DNA of 57,165 nucleotides from NCBI GenBank assembly GCA_049697655.1, contig JBAVWD010000472.1:1-57165 (forward strand), given 5' to 3'. Below, piece by piece: positions 19,124 through 28,873 of this stretch. Positions within the stretch are counted from its first letter, which is position 1; each line of letters begins with the position of its first letter. Source of the stretch: Anaerolineae bacterium. GTDB lineage: Bacteria > Chloroflexota > Anaerolineae > UBA7937 > B3-Chlor. The notes under the pieces were generated by a model. That model made no database searches. It was not told where the DNA came from and saw only the letters and a list, made by a program, of their open reading frames with translations. Made by a program: the position numbers and the translations under genes.

Positions 19124-20109
19124 AGTAAGGCCAGGGCGATGCCCAGCATGGCGGCCAACACGCTAACGAGCCAGAATCTCTGCACAATGTGCACCTCGGA
19201 CCATCCAATGAGTTCGAAGTGATGGTGCAGGGGTGTCATCTTGAAGATCCGTTTCCCCTTGGTGAGTCTGAAGTACCAGATTTGCAGCAAGACGGACAGC
19301 ACCTCTGCCACAAAGACGATGCCCACTATAGGGAGCAGCAGCCATTGGCCTGTCATCATGGCGATCACTCCCAGGGTACCTCCTAGAGCAAGCGAGCCAG
19401 TGTCTCCCATGAAGAGTTGTGCGGGATAGGCGTTGAACCAGAGAAAGGCCATGATCGCTCCGGTCATCGTGAAGCAGAAGGCGACGAGGTAGAGTTGTCC
19501 CTGCAGGAGCGCTATCACTCCAAATGCGGCGAAAGCAACGGTGGACGTGTTGCCAGCCAGGCCGTCCAAACCGTCTGTGAAATTGACCGCATTGGCGGTC
19601 GCCACGATCACGAACACGGCACACGGAAAATACCAGGGGCCCAAGGAGAACTTTGTCGGCATGGATGGCAAGGCGATGCTCCCTAGGCGGAACACGAAGT
19701 GAAGGATAGACGCTGCCCCCACCGCCATCGCGATCTGCAAGGCCAACTTGTGGCGCATGCGAAGGCCGCCTTTGGCGGTCGTTCGCTCGCCACTGGCGGC
19801 TCGGCGGCCTCTCTTCAGGCCGACCCAATCGTCTACGGCGCCAATCAGAGCGCAGGTCAGCGTGGTGCCGAGCGGAAGCAGCATCGATTCATGGTGGATT
19901 AGATTGAACACGGCGGTCATAATGGTCACCGGCAGGACAATGGCGATCCCGCCCATGGTAGGCGTACCTGTCTTCAGTTGATGGGACATGGGTCCATCGA
20001 TGCGAATCTGCTCTCCGATGCCATGAGCCTTCAAGTACTTCAGCAAAAAGGAACCAAGAGGCAGCGCCACGAGGAAGGTTCCTACTCCAAGTGCGAGAGC
20101 AAAGGCCAT
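19120..20109 (-). CDS. mraY: Phospho-N-acetylmuramoyl-pentapeptide transferase
   Basis: KTGTPTMGG, NAVNFTDGLDGLA and MGDTGSLALG motifs. ATGA overlap with the murD start. Confidence 0.95.
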   Translation of the reverse strand: MAFALALGVGTFLVALPLGSFLLKYLKAHGIGEQIRIDGPMSHQLKTGTPTMGGIAIVLPVTIMTAVFNLIHHESMLLPLGTTLTCALIGAVDDWVGLKRGRRAASGERTTAKGGLRMRHKLALQIAMAVGAASILHFVFRLGSIALPSMPTKFSLGPWYFPCAVFVIVATANAVNFTDGLDGLAGNTSTVAFAAFGVIALLQGQLYLVAFCFTMTGAIMAFLWFNAYPAQLFMGDTGSLALGGTLGVIAMMTGQWLLLPIVGIVFVAEVLSVLLQIWYFRLTKGKRIFKMTPLHHHFELIGWSEVHIVQRFWLVSVLAAMLGIALALL

Positions 20110-21530
20110 TATTTCTCTCCAAGCTCGGCTACGATGTCCTCCATGTGCATCCCGCGTGATCCTTTGATCAGGACCAAATCCCCTGAGGTCACCAGGTTGC
20201 GGAGGGATTCGACTGCTTCGTCATTGTCTTGAGCGAAGAAGACGTCGCTTTCGTCCATGCCTACGGCAACCGCCTCTCTGCCTATCAGGGCGCCTAGCTC
20301 TCCCACGGTCACGAGCTTGTCCACCACTTCGGCTACCCGCCGGCCCACCTTGCGGTGCCCTTCTTCCTCGTAGGAACCCAGTTCCAGCATATCCCCCAGC
20401 ACGGCTATCGTGCGGCCCTTCAATTCGGCGAGCAGATTCAAGGCGGCAAGGCTAGAGGCGGGGCTGGAGTTGTAGCTATCGTCTATCAGGGTAGAGCCGT
20501 TAACCCCCGGCGTGGCCAGAAGCCTCAGCTGTACCTCGATATCGCGCAGGCCGGCGACTATGAGCCCCCACGGTTGTCCTTCCACCAGTCCCACTGCTGC
20601 CGCCGCGAGTGCGGTGTGTACACTGTGACGGCCAAGCAAAGGTATCTTCACGTGCACTGTCTCGCGGCCAAAGTGCATCTGAAAGCGAACCCCGTCCAGT
20701 CCTCGACTCTCGACATGGCTGGCCCAGAGGTCGTTGTCCGGGGCCAGGCCGTAGCAGAAGACCCGCGCTTCAGTCAGCTCGGCCATGGCCTTGACATGGG
20801 GGTCATCTCCGTTGAGTATCGCTATGCCATCGGGGGGTAGGGCCTCCACCAGTTCAGCCTTGGCCTGGGCTATCCGCTCCAGGGAGCCCAGACGCTCGAG
20901 GTGAGAGTGGGTCACGTTGGTCACGACTCCCACCTGCGGCAGGGCTATGTCGGCTAGATGGGCGATTTCCCCCAAGGCATACATGCCCAACTCCACCACC
21001 ACTCTCTTGTACCTCTCCTCTAGCCGGAGAAGAGTCAACGGTACACCTATCTCGTTGTTGTAGCTCTCTTCACTCTTGAGGGTAGGGAAACTCCTACTGA
21101 GCACCGAGTGTACGGCTTCCTTGGTGGTCGTCTTGCCTACACTCCCGGTAATACCCACGACTCGCACGTCGAATTGCCTACGGTGAAGGCCGGCAATGTC
21201 CTGGAGTGCCCCTAGAGCGTCCTCGACTAGGAGGCAGAAGGGAGTCACCAATGGGCTCGGCAGAGCCGGGAACGGGCGTTGAGTGGTGTCTATGGTCAGC
21301 GGTGCCCCTTTCACCACTGTGTCTATGAGGGCGGCAGCAGCTCCTGCCTCCAACGCACTGTTGACATAACGATGACCATCGTCCTTCGGTCCCCTAAGGG
21401 CCACGAAAAGGCTCTGCGGCGTGGCGAGGCGGGAATCGATCACCACGTCGCTGAAGGACAGTAGCGCCGCTTGTCTGTCCTCTATAGTCTGCCCAGTTAT
21501 GCCCAGCCAGACCTCCGCTAGGGTGAGCAT
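20109..21530 (-). CDS. murF: UDP-MurNAc-tripeptide--D-alanyl-D-alanine ligase
   Basis: VVIDSRLATPQSLFVALRGPKDDGHRY, P-loop GITGSVGKTTTKE, and VLGDMLELGS, which is typical of MurF rather than MurE. Confidence 0.9.
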   Translation of the reverse strand: MLTLAEVWLGITGQTIEDRQAALLSFSDVVIDSRLATPQSLFVALRGPKDDGHRYVNSALEAGAAAALIDTVVKGAPLTIDTTQRPFPALPSPLVTPFCLLVEDALGALQDIAGLHRRQFDVRVVGITGSVGKTTTKEAVHSVLSRSFPTLKSEESYNNEIGVPLTLLRLEERYKRVVVELGMYALGEIAHLADIALPQVGVVTNVTHSHLERLGSLERIAQAKAELVEALPPDGIAILNGDDPHVKAMAELTEARVFCYGLAPDNDLWASHVESRGLDGVRFQMHFGRETVHVKIPLLGRHSVHTALAAAAVGLVEGQPWGLIVAGLRDIEVQLRLLATPGVNGSTLIDDSYNSSPASSLAALNLLAELKGRTIAVLGDMLELGSYEEEGHRKVGRRVAEVVDKLVTVGELGALIGREAVAVGMDESDVFFAQDNDEAVESLRNLVTSGDLVLIKGSRGMHMEDIVAELGEK

Positions 21531-21552
21531 GGAGCCTCCTCAGGTTGTCGCC

Positions 21553-23301
21553 CTATGTACCAACGATTCCGAAGTCATCCGGCGGTATGCCGAGATAGAC
21601 GAAGAGGCGCTCCGCTATCCTCTGAAAGGCGGGAACTGCCACAACGTTACCCCAGGGCGATTTGGTGGGTTTGTCGATCTTGACCAGTACGACGAACTTG
21701 GGGTCTCGAGCGGGGGCGTAGGCCACGAAGGAAGCGATGGTGTCGGACGGGTGGTAGCCCCCGGTGACAGGGATCTGCGCCGTTCCGGTCTTGCCGGCTA
21801 TGGCGTAACCAGGTAGCTGCAGGTTATCCCTCCCGGCCGTTATTTCCACGAGCATCTCGGTCAGTTCCTCCGCGACCCAGGGGGAGATCACCTGGAGACC
21901 AGGTTGCGGCTGGAACTCCTGGATGACTTGGCCATCCTGTTCGATACGCTGGACCACGTGTGGTTTCGGCAACACCCCGTCGTTGGCCACAGCAGCAACC
22001 GCGGTGACCATCTGTATCGGCGTGACCGCAATACCTTGGCCAAAAGCGTTCGTGCCCAGGTCGCCCTCACGCCAGTTGCCGTCACCGGGAACCCGCATCA
22101 GCCCCTTGGACTCATAGGGCAGGTCTATGCCCGTCGGTTGCCCGAAACCGAATCGTTGCACATAGTCGTAGAACCTCTCAGGGCCTAGATTCGTACTCAG
22201 CGTCGCCGCCCCTACATTGAGGGAGTACCTCAGCAGGTCTGTCATGCTGACGGTGCCGTAAGCTTTCCTATCCCAGTTGTAGATCAGGTGTCCGCCCACG
22301 AAAATCTGACCTTGATCGTAATAGGTGGTGTACCGGCCTACGATGCCAGCATCCAACGCGGCCGCCATGGTGATGACCTTAAACACAGAGCCAGGTTCGT
22401 ACGCCTCGCTGACGGCGGGGTTGAAGAACTGATCCTCATTGATGGGAAGCTCCAAGGCAGGGTTGGGGTCGTAGCCCGGGTAGTTCGCCATGGCCAGGAT
22501 GGCACCTGACCGAGGATCCATGATGATGATCGTCCCTCTCTCGGCTCCCCACTCGTCGATAGTCCTCCTAAGTTCATCTTCGGCCAGTCTCTGTATGGTC
22601 CGATCCAAGGTGAGGACAACGTCTTGACCATCTCTGGGCAGCACGATACTGCTCGATCCGATGCTGATGCTCAAGTCCAGGGTCTCGGCAGAACCTCCCC
22701 ACGAGCCCGGCTGGCCGCGGAGTTCGCTGTTGTAGGATTCCTCCACCCCGTAGAACGCGTCGTAGTCGATCTCATGATCGTAGGTTACAAAGCCCAGGAG
22801 GTGGCAGGCTAGTTCCTTCTCTGGATAGGCCCGCCTCCTGGCGGCGCTGATCCCTAACGCCCCGGTGTTCCATTGCTCTTTAACCTTCTCCACCTCTCTC
22901 GCCACTTCCAGAGGTGCATCCCAGACAAGCGAGACGGAGGGCTGGTCCGTGCGCGAGAGCAGGGCGATCAGAGTGTCCTGGTCCATGTCCAGCACGGGTG
23001 CTAGATCGGTCGCCAGCCCCTCCGGATCCCCTATGTCCCTGGGAGTTGCATAGATCTCGAACTCGTACTCATCCAGGGCCAGCAGGAAACCGTGGCGGTC
23101 CATGATGTCGCCGCGCAGTGCGGGGATGGGTGTGTCCACGAGCTGCCATCTCTGGCCGATGTCCTGGAGTTCGCTGTGACGCAGCACCTGCCAGTAGAAT
23201 AAGCGGCCAGCGAGGATGAGGGCACCCACCACGGTGACCATCCATACCACTACAAGTCTGGTCTTCGATGAGCCACGCTCTTGCCAGTCAGACTCGATCA
23301 T
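21553..23301 (-). CDS. ftsI: Class B penicillin-binding protein (division transpeptidase FtsI-like)
   Basis: N-terminal TM anchor. SxxK (GSVFK), SxN (YSLN) and KTGT (GKTGTA) motifs. Confidence 0.9.
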   Translation of the reverse strand: MIESDWQERGSSKTRLVVVWMVTVVGALILAGRLFYWQVLRHSELQDIGQRWQLVDTPIPALRGDIMDRHGFLLALDEYEFEIYATPRDIGDPEGLATDLAPVLDMDQDTLIALLSRTDQPSVSLVWDAPLEVAREVEKVKEQWNTGALGISAARRRAYPEKELACHLLGFVTYDHEIDYDAFYGVEESYNSELRGQPGSWGGSAETLDLSISIGSSSIVLPRDGQDVVLTLDRTIQRLAEDELRRTIDEWGAERGTIIIMDPRSGAILAMANYPGYDPNPALELPINEDQFFNPAVSEAYEPGSVFKVITMAAALDAGIVGRYTTYYDQGQIFVGGHLIYNWDRKAYGTVSMTDLLRYSLNVGAATLSTNLGPERFYDYVQRFGFGQPTGIDLPYESKGLMRVPGDGNWREGDLGTNAFGQGIAVTPIQMVTAVAAVANDGVLPKPHVVQRIEQDGQVIQEFQPQPGLQVISPWVAEELTEMLVEITAGRDNLQLPGYAIAGKTGTAQIPVTGGYHPSDTIASFVAYAPARDPKFVVLVKIDKPTKSPWGNVVAVPAFQRIAERLFVYLGIPPDDFGIVGT

Positions 23302-23373
23302 CGATTCGCCAATTGTGTCGTGATGCAGCCGAGGCCTCGCCGCAACCGTATCAGGCGTGGCGGCCGGAAGCGG

Positions 23374-23859
23374 TTAGTGCCCTGAGCTCATCCACGAAAC
23401 AAACCGTGCCACCAGTTCTCTCCACCACTCCTGCGATCCGGGCGTGTATGGCTTTGGCAGGTCGCGCTGTGCCGGGTGGGGGGGTGTCAGTCCCCCGGCG
23501 GAGGTGTCCGGATCAACGGGGCTCTCCACCACCAGGTATTCCACCACTTCCGGTTGCACGAAGCCCAGCTCTTCAGCCCGTGCTCTGATGCTTGGGAGGG
23601 CTTCCCTCTCCGCGATGCGCTTGCGAAGGTGGGCATTCTCCTGCCTCCAGTACTCCCGTTCTCTGGTCAGCCGGGTTATCTCAAGCCCGGCGGCCGTCGT
23701 CTGGCTAGCCTGGTTGAGATAGAAAGAGCCGATGAGAGAACCCAGCACGAGCAGGAGCAGCAGGAGACCCAGGGTCCTGCCGCTCAGTCCCCAGGCAGAG
23801 TACCTGCCGATCCGGCTGCCAATAGTGCTCCTGGGAATGAAGATGGGATCTATCTCCAC
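23374..23859 (-). CDS. ftsL: FtsL-like bitopic division protein
   Basis: Single TM helix (LGLLLLLLVLGSLIGSFYL) followed by a coiled-coil segment (TREREYWRQENAHLRKRIAE). Conserved position between rsmH and ftsI. No strong sequence signature. Confidence 0.6.
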   Translation of the reverse strand: MEIDPIFIPRSTIGSRIGRYSAWGLSGRTLGLLLLLLVLGSLIGSFYLNQASQTTAAGLEITRLTREREYWRQENAHLRKRIAEREALPSIRARAEELGFVQPEVVEYLVVESPVDPDTSAGGLTPPHPAQRDLPKPYTPGSQEWWRELVARFVSWMSSGH

Positions 23860-23876
23860 GACGATCTCCTAAGGGA

Positions 23877-24796
<920 letters not shown>

Positions 24797-24800
<4 letters not shown>

Positions 24801-25234
24801 AGTCTTATGCCCAGCTCGAAGAGGCGTTCAGCGATGGCGTCTCCGTCCTTCTCGATCTCGTCGCTCTTATGTCCCCACCTCTCATGGCTCCAGACTTCCA
24901 GGCGACCTCCGCTGCCGACGATCACCGTCTCGCCATCCACCCCAGCGAGTTCTCGGAGTTCGCTCGGCAGCAAGATGCGGCCTTGCTTGTCGGGCTCACA
25001 GTCGGTGGCTTTGCCGTACACACGGCGGGCGAAGTTGCGAGAGTCCTTGTCGTTGAGGGGAAGTTCATTCATCTTGACGGCGAGTCTCTCCCATGTCTCC
25101 ATAGGAAAGACCCACAGCTCACCATCAAGACCGAGGGTTACCACCACACCCCTGGCCAGTTCCGTCCTGAACTTGGCGGGTAGTGTGAGTCTACCCTTGC
25201 TGTCGATGTTGTGGAGGTATGTACCGAGGAACAT
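24797..25234 (-). CDS. mraZ: Transcriptional regulator MraZ
   Basis: MFLGTYLHNIDSKGRLTLPAKFR and a second SpoVT/AbrB-like repeat (DKQGRILLPSELR). I prefer the ATG at 25234. The ORF-track start at 25294 lies inside the operator repeats. Confidence 0.9.
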
Positions 25235-25289
25235 TTGTGCTACGCGCCCCACTCCGGGTCTATTTGGCGGCCATTCCCTGGCGAAACGC

Positions 25290-25314
25290 CCCACTTCTCC
25301 CCACTATTACCCAC
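25290..25314 (-). promoter_or_regulatory. Three direct GTGGG repeats with a 10-bp period (MraZ-box array)
   Basis: The minus strand reads TATAAT-GTGGG-TAATA-GTGGG-GAGAA-GTGGG. The repeats are at 25310-25314, 25300-25304 and 25290-25294, and a fourth GTGGG lies at 25248-25252. This matches the TGGGN direct repeats with 5-nt spacers that MraZ binds in E. coli. Confidence 0.55.
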
Positions 25315-25343
25315 ATTATACATCAACCACGCAAGTTTGGCAA
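25315..25343 (-). promoter_or_regulatory. Pmra-like promoter of the dcw cluster
   Basis: The minus strand reads TTGCCA (25343-25338), a 17-nt spacer, then TATAAT (25320-25315), immediately upstream of the GTGGG repeats. Confidence 0.6.
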
Positions 25344-25674
25344 TAGGCTAAAAGGACTATATGGGGCGGTGAAGCAAGATTTAAGGTTTGTCTCCACGGT
25401 CAGCGACTGCTCCGTGGGTTTGAGAGCACTAGTTGTGATGCCGTTCAGTCGGTCAATCTCTCGGAGGGGACGTGCACCGAGCATGATGCGGCGAGAAGCC
25501 AAGTTGCGGCGAACGGAGGATGTCGGTTGTCGCCTCTTGGCTGCCGAGGAGCACGAGCTGGTCCATGAGCTTGTGCGGAGGCAGGGATGCTGATTGCATT
25601 GTAGGGCGGCCGAGAAGACGATCGGCTCCCTTGATGCCCCTGCAGTCGGTTGGCGGAACGAGCGAGAGGTCAGG

Positions 25675-27486
25675 ATGGAAGGAATGACTGACGTCGAGGC
25701 CCTCCTGAGCCAGGGGGTTGCGGCGGCCAAGGCAGGCAAAGAAGACGAGGCCCGGGATCTTCTTTCTCAGGTGCTCGACTTGGATCCTGAGAACGAGCGA
25801 GCCTGGCTCTGGATGAGCGGGCTGGTCCCCAATGAAGAGAAGATCGTGTGCCTGCAAAACGTCCTGGAAATCAACCCATCGAATGAGTTCGCACTGATCG
25901 GGTTGGAGTCCTTGCTGGGGAAGTCGGGGCGGGCGGAGGAACAGGAGTCTGCAGTCGGGAAGCCTGGGCCGCCGGTCGCTGGGCTGCGAGAGGAGACAGA
26001 ATCATCAACCTCGTCCGCCGCTGAGAAAGGAATACCCAGGCGGGGTCGTGGCTGTGCGGCGCAGATCGGCTTGGCTTTTCTGGCAGTGATCGCCTTCGCG
26101 GTGTGTGGGGTGGCGGCAGTGCTGGGGGGGATGGTGATCACGGCCCAGCCGCAGCAGGCCACCCCCACCACAACGGCGCCCGTGATGCCGGCTGACACAC
26201 CCACTCCTGTCCCCGAGCTCACGTTTCCCCCGACTTTCACACCCACCCCCACCCTTACCCCAGTACCGACCCCCACTCTGGTCGTGCCTGACGCGTACAT
26301 ACCCGGTTTTCCCATAATCAGTGAAGGTGCCTACGATGAGGTGGAGACCAGGGTGAGCGACCTCAGAGAACTGGAGGGTCTGCGTGAGGTCCAAATGGTG
26401 ACCTTCACACGGTACCGCCTGGAGGACTACCTCAATGAGTGGTATCAGCGAGAGGAGTACCTTGCCGAGCTGGAGACCACGGAGAAGCTGTATCGGGTGC
26501 TCGGTCTGATTGAGGAAGACTATGATCTCGTGGAGAATCAGATCGAGGTACTGCGTGAGTACATCGCCGGACTGTACGACAGCGAGCGGGAGGAGATATA
26601 CCTGGTCTTGGATCGTTATACCAGCGACTTGTGGCTGGAAGTGACCTTCGCCCACGAGTTCACTCATGCCTTGCAGGACCAGCACTTCGACCTCGACTCA
26701 TTGGACGACCGCTCTCTCACCACCGATTCCAGGCTGGCGCTACAGGCACTCATCGAGGGCGACGCCACGCTGGTCATGGTGGAGTATGCCTACGAGTACC
26801 TCTTCCAGATGTCGTTTGATCGTTCCGATCTTCTGGAGGCCATACAGCAGGTGGAACAGGGCGAGTACGAAGGCGCGCCCACGGTGGTTCGTGAGACCGA
26901 GGGGTTTCCCTATGAGCAGGGAATCGTCTTCGCGGCCGCGTTGCTTGAACGTGGTGGTTGGGAGCAACTGAATCAGGCCTTTCGTGATCCTCCCCAGACG
27001 ACGGAGCAGGTCATGCACCCGGACAAGTATCTGGCCGGCGAGGTTGGCCAGGTGCCTGAGGTAGGTAGTCTGCCTGGTGCGCTTGGCGAGGGGTGGGAAG
27101 AGCTGAGCAGGGATGTCCTCGGCGAGTTGTTCATCCGCGTCTACCTGGAGAGAGAGCTGGGCAGCGAAGAGGCATTGATGGCAGCGGAGGGCTGGGAGGG
27201 GGACACAGCGGCGTTTCTGTCCAACGAAGAAGAGGGACAACAGTTGTTCGTGCTACGGATTCACTGGGATAGCGAGTCCAACGCGGATGAGTTCTTCTCT
27301 GCCTACGCTACTTTCATGCAGCGCGCGGGAGCTGGCACGGGCTCGACTGAAGATCCACACCGCCAATGGTGGCACACCGAGGGCCAGGTGGCCTGTTTGA
27401 GCCAACAGGGCGATGATACGTTGCTTCTGCTGGCCTCCGATTCCGAGAGTCTTGAGACTGTTCTCGCCGAGTTCGCGGGCTTCTAG
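25675..27486 (+). CDS. Membrane-anchored TPR / MA-clan (HExxH) zinc metalloprotease-like protein
   Basis: N-terminal TPR-like segment, one TM helix (IGLAFLAVIAFAVCGVAAVLGGMVI), a Pro/Thr-rich linker, then FAHEFTHALQD and a downstream LIEGDATL (gluzincin-like). I prefer the ATG at 25675, which has a GAGAGG SD. Confidence 0.75.
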   Translation: MEGMTDVEALLSQGVAAAKAGKEDEARDLLSQVLDLDPENERAWLWMSGLVPNEEKIVCLQNVLEINPSNEFALIGLESLLGKSGRAEEQESAVGKPGPPVAGLREETESSTSSAAEKGIPRRGRGCAAQIGLAFLAVIAFAVCGVAAVLGGMVITAQPQQATPTTTAPVMPADTPTPVPELTFPPTFTPTPTLTPVPTPTLVVPDAYIPGFPIISEGAYDEVETRVSDLRELEGLREVQMVTFTRYRLEDYLNEWYQREEYLAELETTEKLYRVLGLIEEDYDLVENQIEVLREYIAGLYDSEREEIYLVLDRYTSDLWLEVTFAHEFTHALQDQHFDLDSLDDRSLTTDSRLALQALIEGDATLVMVEYAYEYLFQMSFDRSDLLEAIQQVEQGEYEGAPTVVRETEGFPYEQGIVFAAALLERGGWEQLNQAFRDPPQTTEQVMHPDKYLAGEVGQVPEVGSLPGALGEGWEELSRDVLGELFIRVYLERELGSEEALMAAEGWEGDTAAFLSNEEEGQQLFVLRIHWDSESNADEFFSAYATFMQRAGAGTGSTEDPHRQWWHTEGQVACLSQQGDDTLLLLASDSESLETVLAEFAGF

Positions 27487-27630
27487 GGGAAGCCGCTGGC
27501 GCCTGGCAACTCGCGCCATCGGTGAATGCGTCAGGGAGGCGCGATGCCTGGTTCCTCCGCATTCATCCCTGACGCGTCTCCATTGCTGCTGCCCCCTAGG
27601 ATCGGCGCGCTGCGCCTCTGTTCAAGTCGA

Positions 27631-28389
27631 TCAGTCGGACGCGCTGATCATGATCTCACCGAACAACTCGCTCTGCTCGACAACTACCTTTCGCCTCTTC
27701 ATCAGTTGCAGGAGGGCCAGGAAGGTGACGATGATCTCCATTCGAGAAGCGGCCTGCTCGAGGATTCGAGTGAAGCTGTAGCGCCGTTGTCTATCCAGTA
27801 AGCTCTCGAGATGGGCGATCCTGTCCGGCAGGGAGATCTGAAGGGGCGTGACTACATCGTTAGCCGAAGACGCCGTCTTGCTCTCCAGCGCTTGTCGCAC
27901 CGCAAATACGAGAGCATCTAGGGTGATGCCTTCCAGATGCACGGTGGGCTCTGGTAGAGGCGGAGGCAGCAGGCGGGCGTAAGCTCGCAGCCCGTGCTCC
28001 TCTCTGAATCGGAGTTCCTGAGCGGCACCCTTGAATCTGCGATACTCGATCAGGCGTCGCACGAGTTCGTCGCCGACGTCCTCCTCTTCCTCATCCTCGG
28101 CCTCAACAGGCGGCTGGGGCAGCAGCATTCTGGACTTGATAAGCAAGAGCTTGGCCGCGATGATCAGGAAATCCGCAAGCTTCTCGGCCTCTAGCTTCTC
28201 AACCTGACTGATGTAGTCCAGATACTGATCAGTCACCGTGGCGAGCGAGACCTTGGTGATGTCGAGTTCTCGCTCTTCGATGAGATGAAGTAGCAGGTCC
28301 AGAGGGCCCTCGAAGACGGGCAGTCTTACCGTGTATGTAGTGGACAAGTCTAAAATCCTCGGAACTCGTCGATGGGCTGACGAAGCCAT
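27631..28389 (-). CDS. scpA: Segregation and condensation protein A (kleisin)
   Basis: VFEGPLDLLLHLIEERELDITKVSLATVTDQYLDYI is the ScpA N-terminal signature. Confidence 0.9.
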   Translation of the reverse strand: MASSAHRRVPRILDLSTTYTVRLPVFEGPLDLLLHLIEERELDITKVSLATVTDQYLDYISQVEKLEAEKLADFLIIAAKLLLIKSRMLLPQPPVEAEDEEEEDVGDELVRRLIEYRRFKGAAQELRFREEHGLRAYARLLPPPLPEPTVHLEGITLDALVFAVRQALESKTASSANDVVTPLQISLPDRIAHLESLLDRQRRYSFTRILEQAASRMEIIVTFLALLQLMKRRKVVVEQSELFGEIMISASD

Positions 28390-28592
28390 TCCTGATTATG
28401 GGCGAGATGCTGTCGCGCGTTGTTGTCGCAGCTCTCGCCATGAGTGGTGTCTCTCGCCCACAAGGGCGATGGGACCTCGCCAGACAGGCGATCCCACGCC
28501 AACCGGGTGACGTGCAGCGGCTGGGCCATTATACGGCAAATGCGGGCGGGTTGTCCATGGCATTGGCATCGGTCCGTCGAGGGGCCCCGCAA

Positions 28593-28621
28593 TTGGATTG
28601 TAGATCTCAAGGTGCTATAAT
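28593..28621 (+). promoter_or_regulatory. Near-consensus sigma70-type promoter, about 250 nt upstream of the FAH gene
   Basis: TTGGAT (28593-28598), a 17-nt spacer, then TATAAT (28616-28621) with an upstream TGc. Confidence 0.5.
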
Positions 28622-28873
28622 TGGCATGACCGAGCATACTGTTCCCCAAGTGACCGCTGGAGACGACATCATGATCGCTTGCTCTCTGACAGACGCGATC
28701 CGGCCGCGCACCTCAGCTCGGGCAGTGCATCCCAACGAAGCGACGAGGTCTGGTGAAGGTGGTGCGCGCACCAGGGCAGTGCTCGCTTCAGCCACATGGG
28801 TGTCAGGCCACCTAGGCTTCCCTGACTCTCGCGCTTTCCGTGTACTGCATGACTTCCTTGGGACGGTCAGAGA

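Noticed and set aside
25344-25674. ORFs 25219..25593 (+) and 25323..25739 / 25453..25857 (-) in the mraZ upstream region.
   Set aside because: They span the promoter/operator region, have no motifs and have a skewed Arg/Ser/Pro composition. The region is better explained as a divergent regulatory spacer.
28811-28873. CCTAGGCTTCCCTG...GGGACGGTCAGAGAA, which loosely resembles ykkC/guanidine-I riboswitch core strings.
   Set aside because: Only about 60 nt are available before the start codon, against about 100 nt for the riboswitch. The conserved strings match only partially, and the downstream genes (FAH, argF) are not typical guanidine-regulon members.
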